64,000 nucleotides of DNA from Candidatus Nomurabacteria bacterium (GTDB lineage Bacteria; Patescibacteriota; Minisyncoccia; Phycocordibacterales; UBA9973), in the NCBI GenBank assembly GCA_020845875.1, contig JADLEY010000009.1, positions 3,907-67,906 on the forward strand, given 5' to 3'. The position numbers and the translations under genes are program-made. Position 1 is the first letter of the stretch. Each line of letters opens with the position of its first letter. Positions 56,308-64,000 of the stretch are shown in pieces. The notes below the pieces were generated by a model. That model was not told the DNA's origin and ran no database searches. It worked only from the letters and a program-made list of their open reading frames with translations.

Positions 56308-58602
56308 ATGGAAGGATATAATCATCGCGAGATTGAAGAGAAATGGCAGGAGAAATGGGCGCTTGACGGCATATACAAAGTGCCTGATACAGAAGCTGGA
56401 AAAAATAATTTCTACCAGCTCGTTGAGTTTAGTTATCCCTCTGGTAATCTGCACACTGGACACTGGTACGCCTTTGCAGTACCGGATATCTTCGCGCGAT
56501 ACAAACGCATGCAGGGTTTAAATGTGTTGTACCCGATGGGCTTTGATGCATTTGGCTTGCCGGCAGAAAATGCAGCAATAAAAAATGGCGGAGACCCAGC
56601 AGAGTGGACAGAGAGACAGATGGAAGCAATGCGCACCCAGCTGCGCAGTATGGGAGCGAGTTTTGATTGGTCGCGTGAAGTCGTCACATGTGCGCCGGAA
56701 TACTACAAATGGACACAGTGGATGTTCAACCAATTTTTGAAAAACGATTTGGTATATCGTGATATTACGATGGTAAACTGGTGTCCGAAAGATCAGACTA
56801 TCTTAGCAAACGAGCAAGTGGTAGACGGCAAGTGCGAGCGGTGTGGGACAGAAGTAGTCCAAAGCGAACAGCAGCAATGGATGCTTCGCATCACAAAATA
56901 CGCAGACCGCCTTGTTGATGATTTGGATAAACTCGATTGGCCAGAGGAAATAAAATCTGCACAGCGAAATTGGATAGGGAGAAGCGAGGGAAGTGAGATT
57001 ACCTTTAAACTTTCAACCGACGATACTGTTTCGGTATTTACTACTCGTGCTGACACCCTATTTGGGGTCACCTATATTGTGTTTGCTCCTGAGCATCCGC
57101 TCCTTGAGATACTTCCTATAGAAAATAGAGATGAAGTGAATGCATATGTTGTTGCGACCAAGAAGAAGCAAGAACTCGAACGTCAGCAGTCCAAAGAGAA
57201 GACAGGTGTGCAGTTGAAAGGTATTACAGCTATTAATCCAGCAAATGGTGAAGAAGTGCCGGTCTGGATTGCCGACTATGTGCTGTCTGGGTATGGCACA
57301 GGCGCAGTGATGGGTGTACCACAACATGACGAGCGAGATAGGGAATTTGCGGAGAAAATGGGACTTGCGATTGTTGATAGACCTCTTGTAGATAAAAAAG
57401 AAATTACAGAAAAAGTTGGCGGGAAATTGGTGAAGACATATCGTCTGCGCGATTGGGGAATTAGCCGGCAGCGGTATTGGGGCTGTCCGATACCGATTGT
57501 GTATGACCCAGAGGGCAAAGCGCACGCGGTGCCTGACGAACATTTGCCATGGCTTCTCCCGACTGACGTCGACCACACTCCAGACGGCACCGCGCCGCTT
57601 GCCAGAAGCAAGGAGCTTTTGGAGCGAACAGAGAAAATTTTTGGTGCGGGTTGGAGACCAGAAGTAGAGACGATGGATACATTTGTGGATTCGTCATGGT
57701 ATTTCTATCGCTATCTTGATAATAAAAACGAGGCAACATTCGCATCTCCAGAAAAGATGGACACATGGATGCCGGTGGATTTGTATATGGGTGGGGCAGA
57801 GCATACGACTATGCACTTGTTGTATTCGCGATTTTGGACCAAAGCATTGCATGACCTTGGGCTTGTAAAAGACAGTGAAGCATACAAAGTACGACGTAAC
57901 AGAGGTCTTATTCTCGGTCCTGACGGTAATAAGATGAGTAAATCGAAAGGGAATGTCATCAATCCGGATGAGTATGTCGAGAGGCTCGGCGCAGATACGG
58001 TGCGCATGTATCTTGCATTCATGGGGCCGTATGGTGTGACAGTGAATTATCCGTGGGACCCGAATGGCGTCGTCGGGGTGCGCCGCTTCTTGGAACGCGT
58101 GTGGAAACTGAAGGCGAAAATAGATGTCGAAAAGAAAGTCTGCAAAACGGATCCGCTCGTACATAAGACGATAAAAGGTGTCGGTGAGGATATCGATGAG
58201 TTCAAGTTCAACACCGCAATTGCAAAAATGATGATACTGCTCAATGCGCTTGAAAAGGAAGAGAAGATAGTACTTGGTTCGTACAAAGCACTACTGAAAC
58301 TCCTTTCTCCGTTTGCTCCGCATATAGCTGAAGAGCTTTGGCATGAACTCGACGAAACAGAGAGTATCCATTTGGCATCGTGGCCCACATACAATACGGA
58401 TTTCCTTATCGAAGAAACTGTGACACTTGCGGTACAAGTTAATGGCAAGGTGCGTGGAGAGATTACTATCGCTCCCGATATCGCGAAGGAAGACATCGAG
58501 GCTGCAGCGCTTGCACTTCCGCGGGTCATTGCCATTGTTGCAGGAGGGCAGCCAAAAAAGATCATCGTTGTTCCAAAAAAAGTAGTCAATATTGTCTTCT
58601 AG
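56308..58602 (+). CDS. leuS: Leucyl-tRNA synthetase
   Basis: YPSGNLHTGH, GFDAFGLPAENAA, FTTRADTLFG, KMSKS. Confidence 0.95.
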   Translation: MEGYNHREIEEKWQEKWALDGIYKVPDTEAGKNNFYQLVEFSYPSGNLHTGHWYAFAVPDIFARYKRMQGLNVLYPMGFDAFGLPAENAAIKNGGDPAEWTERQMEAMRTQLRSMGASFDWSREVVTCAPEYYKWTQWMFNQFLKNDLVYRDITMVNWCPKDQTILANEQVVDGKCERCGTEVVQSEQQQWMLRITKYADRLVDDLDKLDWPEEIKSAQRNWIGRSEGSEITFKLSTDDTVSVFTTRADTLFGVTYIVFAPEHPLLEILPIENRDEVNAYVVATKKKQELERQQSKEKTGVQLKGITAINPANGEEVPVWIADYVLSGYGTGAVMGVPQHDERDREFAEKMGLAIVDRPLVDKKEITEKVGGKLVKTYRLRDWGISRQRYWGCPIPIVYDPEGKAHAVPDEHLPWLLPTDVDHTPDGTAPLARSKELLERTEKIFGAGWRPEVETMDTFVDSSWYFYRYLDNKNEATFASPEKMDTWMPVDLYMGGAEHTTMHLLYSRFWTKALHDLGLVKDSEAYKVRRNRGLILGPDGNKMSKSKGNVINPDEYVERLGADTVRMYLAFMGPYGVTVNYPWDPNGVVGVRRFLERVWKLKAKIDVEKKVCKTDPLVHKTIKGVGEDIDEFKFNTAIAKMMILLNALEKEEKIVLGSYKALLKLLSPFAPHIAEELWHELDETESIHLASWPTYNTDFLIEETVTLAVQVNGKVRGEITIAPDIAKEDIEAAALALPRVIAIVAGGQPKKIIVVPKKVVNIVF

Positions 58603-58659
58603 AAATACACAGCCCTTTGGTTGTGCGATTTTCAAAAACAGGAGTATACTGAAGGGCGT

Positions 58660-61005
58660 ATGTATCACAGTATTTCTGCGCGTCTAAACGCGATTTCGTT
58701 TACTCTTATTACCTTCCTTTGTGCACTTCTTCCACTGTTCATCTTACCTGCCTCTCTTGGGGGTGTAGGGGCAGTAAAGGGGGTGGTTCTCTATACAGGA
58801 GTACTATTGTCGTTTTCTTTGTGGATTGTCTCGCAGTTTATCAACGGCAATCTCAAGTTACTCAAAAATTGGATTTTTGTCTTTTTGGGAGGCGTGGCCG
58901 TTTTTTCATTGGTGAGCGCTATCGCTTCTGGAAATACTACACTTGCACTGTGGGGAAGAGGATTTTCACTCGACTCTTTTTCTTCTATTGCGATTTTGAG
59001 TTTGTTTGCATTTCTCGTTGCCGTCTTTTCTTCCGAACAGCACTACCTCATTAGACTCTTTCTTGCTGCATTTATCGGTTCGGTATTGACGGTACTGACA
59101 CAGGTTCTCCTCTTTGCTTTCAAAGGAACGCCGTTGGTCTTGTCTCATTTTTCTCATGTAGCATCTCAAGGTACGCTTGTTGGTTCGTGGGTTGATTTTT
59201 CTCATTTTGTCACCTTCACCTTTGTGTTATCGGTTCTTATGTTCGAAGTGCTCATGCCTCGTGGATTTTTCCGCTGGCTTTCACTCTTTTCTGCAGTACT
59301 TGCGCTTGCAGTACTTGCGTTTCTCAATTTTAAGGTAGCATGGATCATTACTGTTGTTTCTGCACTCATTGTGTTTGTCTATAAGATTTCGGTCGAACGC
59401 TCTATTTTCAGACTTTTCTCCAAGAAAGAAGATCGAGACGAATCTTTTTCGGTGGATGATGGCGCTCGTGCGCCGCGCTTCCCATTTCTCTCCTTTGCAA
59501 GTCTCCTTGTCGGACTATTCTTTCTTCTTTCAAGTGCGACTGGAGCTCGTCTTGCACAAATGGCACAGCTCAACTTTGCTGATATCCGTCCTTCTTTTGC
59601 TTCTACCATGCATGTTGCTCGTGCGACACTTTCTCACAATCCTATATTTGGGGCGGGAGCAGGACGGTTTGCAGATCAGTGGAACCTTTATCACACCACG
59701 GATGTAAATCGCACACTTTTTTGGAATACCTCCTTTGATATGGGATTTAGTTGGCTGACAACAATCATTACGACGAATGGTGTCGTTGTTAGTCTTCTCT
59801 TTCTATTGGTGCTTATTACTGCAATTATCCACGGTTTCAAACTCTTCAACTACCAATATCCCGATCAATTCAGCCGCTTTATTGCAGTCACCGCACTCAT
59901 TGTTTTGATTGCGTTTACTGTGTTGATCGCACTCTCTTCTCCTGGAATGGTCTTGGTCGCGTATGGTTTTATGTACCTTGGATTTTTGATGGGAGTGTCA
60001 GCGCTTGTCGGTAAAACGAAGTATGCGACGTTTGATTATCTCAATGACCCGCGTTCATCATTTTTTGCTATCCTTGTATTGGTACTCGCTGCAATGGTGG
60101 GATTCTCTTCTATTTACTTCACCATCAATCGATTTACTGGAATTGTTTCGTATCAAAAGGCGATTGCTGCAACCGATTTTGCGAGCGCAGAAGGATTTAT
60201 CAACAAGGCCATCGCGCGTTCGGACAACGATCTCTTCTGGCGCATGCGCGCAGCATTGTATGCAAAGCAGTTTACCGCTGAGGCAGCAAAGACAACTCCT
60301 GATAAAGCTCAGATGCAGATTTATTTTACTCAAGTGGAGCAGAGTGCTCAGTCAGCAGTAGCGTGGAGTCGTGCAAGTGCAGGGAATTGGCTCGCGCTCA
60401 GTCAGATCTATCGTCTCGTTGCTTCGGGGAATAGTGATGAAGCATATAACAATGCAAAGACAGCAGCAGAAGAGGCGCAAAAGCGTAATCCAAACAACCC
60501 TGCATTTATTCTCAATCAGGCACAGGTAGCGCTCTCGCACCAAGATGTCACTGGGGCAAATACGTTTATCGACAAAGCGCTCGCTCTCAAGGCAGATTAT
60601 CTCGATGCCTTCTTGCTCCGTGCTCAAATCAAAGGTGCGCAAGGTGACAATCAAGGCGTACGCACCGAATTGCAAAAGTATATTGCAGTAGCACCATTTG
60701 ACCCTCAGGGATATGTTCTCTTTGGTAACGCAGAGCTGGAAATGAAAAATTATCAATCAGCACTCGATGCTTTTGCACGAGCACGCTCGCTTGCTACAGA
60801 TCCTTCAATTGATGTTGCGTATATCAATACACTCCTTCTCTTGGGACGCAAAAGTGATGCAGTGACAGAATTGCAATTACTCAAGGAGAAGTACCCTCAG
60901 ATTACTGGTATTGATGAGCTCGTCGAACGTACCAAAAATGGTACATCTGGAGCGGCAACATCAGAAGGCACTACTCCTGTTGCTGAAGAAAACAAGGAAG
61001 AATAG
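58660..61005 (+). CDS. O-antigen ligase/Wzy-like polytopic membrane protein with C-terminal TPRs
   Basis: About 12 TM helices, NPIFGAGAGRF loop, TPR-like helical repeats; adjacent to murJ. Confidence 0.7.
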   Translation: MYHSISARLNAISFTLITFLCALLPLFILPASLGGVGAVKGVVLYTGVLLSFSLWIVSQFINGNLKLLKNWIFVFLGGVAVFSLVSAIASGNTTLALWGRGFSLDSFSSIAILSLFAFLVAVFSSEQHYLIRLFLAAFIGSVLTVLTQVLLFAFKGTPLVLSHFSHVASQGTLVGSWVDFSHFVTFTFVLSVLMFEVLMPRGFFRWLSLFSAVLALAVLAFLNFKVAWIITVVSALIVFVYKISVERSIFRLFSKKEDRDESFSVDDGARAPRFPFLSFASLLVGLFFLLSSATGARLAQMAQLNFADIRPSFASTMHVARATLSHNPIFGAGAGRFADQWNLYHTTDVNRTLFWNTSFDMGFSWLTTIITTNGVVVSLLFLLVLITAIIHGFKLFNYQYPDQFSRFIAVTALIVLIAFTVLIALSSPGMVLVAYGFMYLGFLMGVSALVGKTKYATFDYLNDPRSSFFAILVLVLAAMVGFSSIYFTINRFTGIVSYQKAIAATDFASAEGFINKAIARSDNDLFWRMRAALYAKQFTAEAAKTTPDKAQMQIYFTQVEQSAQSAVAWSRASAGNWLALSQIYRLVASGNSDEAYNNAKTAAEEAQKRNPNNPAFILNQAQVALSHQDVTGANTFIDKALALKADYLDAFLLRAQIKGAQGDNQGVRTELQKYIAVAPFDPQGYVLFGNAELEMKNYQSALDAFARARSLATDPSIDVAYINTLLLLGRKSDAVTELQLLKEKYPQITGIDELVERTKNGTSGAATSEGTTPVAEENKEE

Positions 61006-61031
61006 GAGTTCTGAAAGGAAGGGAAAGCGCG

Positions 61032-62732
61032 ATGGTCTCACGATTACTTAAGTTGTTTAGCAGGGATGTAGTGTCGATGAATCAGGCGGCGCTGGTCCTT
61101 GCGGTATTCTCGGTGTTGTCGCAGGTCTTTGGGTTGGTACGCGACCGGCTTTTGGCTAGCACGATCGGTCCAGGGGCGGTCCTTGATGTATACTATGCTG
61201 CGTTTCGTATTCCTGATTTCCTTTACAATTCGTTTGGGGTACTCTTTTCTGTCACTGTTCTCATCCCTTTTATTGCTCGTTTTGCTCAGGAAGAGAAAGA
61301 AGGGAAGGATGGAAGGTTGCGGTACTTTCTCGATAATGTCACTACTGTCTATATCTGGGGAATGGGAGCACTTTGTGTGGGAGTAGCGCTTCTTATGCCA
61401 TGGCTCACGCATCTGACAGCCCCAGGATTTTCTGCAGAGCAGCAGCATACCCTGGTCGTTTTCTCTCGGTTGATGCTCATCTCTCCCTTCCTCTTCGGTC
61501 TTTCAAGCCTTCTTTCTTCATTTGCGCAGGTGAAAAAGAAATTTTTTGCTTATGCAATTGCTCCATTATTTTATAACGCCGGTATTTTGACAGGTGTACT
61601 ACTCTTTCTTCCACATTGGGGGATGCTTGGCGTTGTGATGGGGGTCATCCTTGGGGCAGGATTGTATTTTGTTGTACAACTTCCGCCGCTTATCGTCCTG
61701 CAGAAGATTCCGCGACTCGTATCGCAGGTCGATTGGCGTCTTATCAAAGAAGTAATAGCGCTCTCACTTCCACGAACACTTGGTTCATCGCTCACCAATA
61801 TCACCTTTATCCTTATTGCTGCGATCGCTTCACTCTTGGCGACAGGGTCTATTTCTGTCTTTCAACTCGCCTACAATATAGAAAATAGCCCACTTCTCAT
61901 CTTTGGTATTTCTTATGCTGTCGCTGCATTTCCTGCTATGGCGAGATCATTTTCAGAAGGGAGAAACGACGAAGTACTCCGCGTGCTTTATCGTACGACA
62001 AGAAATATCTTTTTCTTCACTGTCCCTATTGCGTTTTTGATGATTGTGTTACGAGCACATGTGGTACGGGTACTTCTCGGGGCAGGCGCCTTTTCGTGGA
62101 ACGATACGCGTCTGGTTGCTGCATCGGTTGCGCTCTTTTGCCTTTCGGTGACAGCCCAGAGCATGGTGCTGCTTTTGGTGCGTGGATTTTTTGCTACTGG
62201 AGATACGTGGACACCATTGAAGATCAATCTCTGGGCAGTTGCAGGGACTGGGGCTGCCGCTCTGGGACTTGTCTATGGATATCATCATGTCGTTGCGCTC
62301 CGCTATTTCCTCGATAGTCTCTTGCGTCTTGACGGTGTTGAAGGGGGCAGTGTGGTATTGCTCGCACTCGCATTTTCTATCGGGCAGACATGGAATGCCC
62401 TCGCGCTTTGGAAGAAGCTGCATACACGTATAGTGGTAGTACAACCGCAGGCCGCAACTCTTGCGCGCACGCTTTCACATATGATCGCTGCAGGGATTAT
62501 TGCTGCGGGCGCAGGATACTGTACGCTGCTAGGTATCGGGACGAGTGTGGATCAAACTAGATTTTGGGGTATTTTCTCTCAGGCAGCAGTAGCAACAGTT
62601 GTTGGTTTTGGCGTCTACGGTGGCATACTTTGGCTACTGGGCAACGAAGACATCCGTCTCTTTCTCGGCACACTCAAGAGTAGATTCTGGAAAGAGAAGC
62701 CACCATTGGTGCAGGGGCAGCAGGAGCTGTAA
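61032..62732 (+). CDS. murJ: Lipid II flippase MurJ
   Basis: GLVRDRLLA, YYAAFRIPD, RGFFATGDTWTP. Confidence 0.9.
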   Translation: MVSRLLKLFSRDVVSMNQAALVLAVFSVLSQVFGLVRDRLLASTIGPGAVLDVYYAAFRIPDFLYNSFGVLFSVTVLIPFIARFAQEEKEGKDGRLRYFLDNVTTVYIWGMGALCVGVALLMPWLTHLTAPGFSAEQQHTLVVFSRLMLISPFLFGLSSLLSSFAQVKKKFFAYAIAPLFYNAGILTGVLLFLPHWGMLGVVMGVILGAGLYFVVQLPPLIVLQKIPRLVSQVDWRLIKEVIALSLPRTLGSSLTNITFILIAAIASLLATGSISVFQLAYNIENSPLLIFGISYAVAAFPAMARSFSEGRNDEVLRVLYRTTRNIFFFTVPIAFLMIVLRAHVVRVLLGAGAFSWNDTRLVAASVALFCLSVTAQSMVLLLVRGFFATGDTWTPLKINLWAVAGTGAAALGLVYGYHHVVALRYFLDSLLRLDGVEGGSVVLLALAFSIGQTWNALALWKKLHTRIVVVQPQAATLARTLSHMIAAGIIAAGAGYCTLLGIGTSVDQTRFWGIFSQAAVATVVGFGVYGGILWLLGNEDIRLFLGTLKSRFWKEKPPLVQGQQEL

Positions 62733-62805
62733 GGAGAATTGACATAGTTATATATAGATGCTATAAAGAGAAATAATCATTTTGTTCATCAAAAATTTTA
62801 TAGAT

Positions 62806-63238
62806 ATGAGAAATACTTTTCCAATGAAGGCAACGTTTCTTCTTATAGCCCTGTCGGGTGCAACTATTTCTTCGATAGTCATCGATAATGATTATTTCCG
62901 GAATACAAATATTAATATCAGATGGATGGCTATTGTTTCTATTGTTGTTCGCTTTACTTATTGGGGCAATACAAATGTATAAATGGGAAGTAAGGATGGG
63001 CACCCCTCTTACCATTAAAGATATTGTGCCTTTAAAGACATTTCACTTACGGTACGTAGGACTGGCAGATGAAAATCATATTTATCTCGTCACCTATGCA
63101 GAGAAGAAATATTTCTATCAATCTTCCAGTGATAAACGCCTTAAAGACGGCACCTTCTACAAAAACGAAGAAGGGAATCTCGTCTTTGTTGACGAAAATA
63201 AAATCTTTTTTGAAGAAAATTGGGTACTTGTTGGCTAG
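62806..63238 (+). pseudogene. AT-rich membrane-protein gene split over two frames, or a 116-aa CDS starting at 62888
   Basis: TTGACA-N17-TATAAA promoter (62739-62767); MRNTFPMKATFLLIALSGATISSIV.. continues plausibly into MIISGIQILISDGWLLFLLLF.. in another frame. Confidence 0.4.
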
Positions 63239-63309
63239 GAAAATGCACTCTCTTTTCGCCCCCCTGCTACATGCAAGGGTGTTTGTTTTATGATATATTC
63301 CCACAAGGT

Positions 63310-64000
63310 ATGGACGCCAAACTCATTCGCAACTTTTCTATCATTGCCCATATTGACCACGGCAAAAGCACGCTTTCTGACCGTATGCTGGAGGTGACAG
63401 GCACTATCGAGGCACGTAAGATGCGCGATCAGGTGCTCGATAGTATGGAGTTGGAAAAAGAGCGTGGTATCACTATCAAGATGACGCCGGTACGAATGCA
63501 GTATCGCGGCTACCAGCTCAATCTTATCGATACTCCGGGACATATTGACTTCTCCTACGAAGTCTCTCGCGCACTCAAAGCAGTTGAGGGGTCGCTTCTC
63601 CTTGTAGATGCGACTCAGGGTGTACAGGCGCAGACGCTCACGACACTCACTATGGCGCGTGAATCGGGACTCGTCATCATTCCCGTCATCACCAAGATAG
63701 ATGCGCATCATGCGCGCGTAGACGAGACGAAGCTAGAGCTGTGTGAGCTGCTTGATTGTGATGAACGGGATATTCTTGCTGTTTCGGGGAAGACCGGAGA
63801 AGGAGTAGAAACACTCCTTGCGCACATCATCGAGAAAGTACCTCCACCAAAAGAAGTGTCAGAAAAAGCGCCGCAGGCACTGGTCTTTGACTTTTCATAC
63901 TCCAATCACAAGGGTGTTATTGTATATGTACGACTCTTTTCTGGGTCCCTAGAAAAGGGAGATACCCTCGCTTTTTCGGCTTCTGGAAAACAATTTCAGG
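63310..64000 (+). CDS. lepA: Elongation factor 4 (LepA), runs off the window end
   Basis: MDAKLIRNFSIIAHIDHGKSTLSDR, ERGITIK, LNLIDTPGHIDFSYEVSRAL. Confidence 0.93.
   Translation, partial: MDAKLIRNFSIIAHIDHGKSTLSDRMLEVTGTIEARKMRDQVLDSMELEKERGITIKMTPVRMQYRGYQLNLIDTPGHIDFSYEVSRALKAVEGSLLLVDATQGVQAQTLTTLTMARESGLVIIPVITKIDAHHARVDETKLELCELLDCDERDILAVSGKTGEGVETLLAHIIEKVPPPKEVSEKAPQALVFDFSYSNHKGVIVYVRLFSGSLEKGDTLAFSASGKQFQ

Noticed and set aside
1-64000. Alternative genetic code (TGA=Gly)
   Set aside because: Conserved genes are intact under code 11 and dnaG terminates at TGA

Overview
Chromosomal segment of a small-genome bacterium. The gene content, short RF2/UvrC/RpoB and near-leaderless genes suggest Patescibacteria (CPR, Parcubacteria-like), standard code 11; this taxonomy is an inference. 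Most of the window is housekeeping: prfB, ftsEX, mutY, rnj, secG, rnr, rpsP-khpA-trmD, rpoBC, dnaG-rpoD, rpsB-tsf, proS-mreBC-tgt-uvrB-dut, uvrA-nth, uvrC, ddl-like, leuS, murJ, lepA and three tRNAs. There are also two paralogous tail-fibre-like/peptidase S74 surface proteins. The standout is a ~4.2 kb insert between nth and uvrC (48138-52355). It holds a compact CRISPR system: a ~440-aa TnpB/Cas12f-like protein that looks nuclease-dead (no zinc finger, RuvC-III Asp replaced by Lys), a 243-aa Cas1 lacking its N-terminal domain, and a 3-spacer array with a 39-nt repeat. The array appears to be transcribed on the minus strand behind a five-hairpin leader, and a PaaX/Cas2-like gene lies nearby. 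The insert is divided into four modules by an exact 15-bp direct repeat. That repeat serves as a minus-strand -35 element, and its last copy is the start of uvrC. All calls are by-eye motif recognition; no database search was run.
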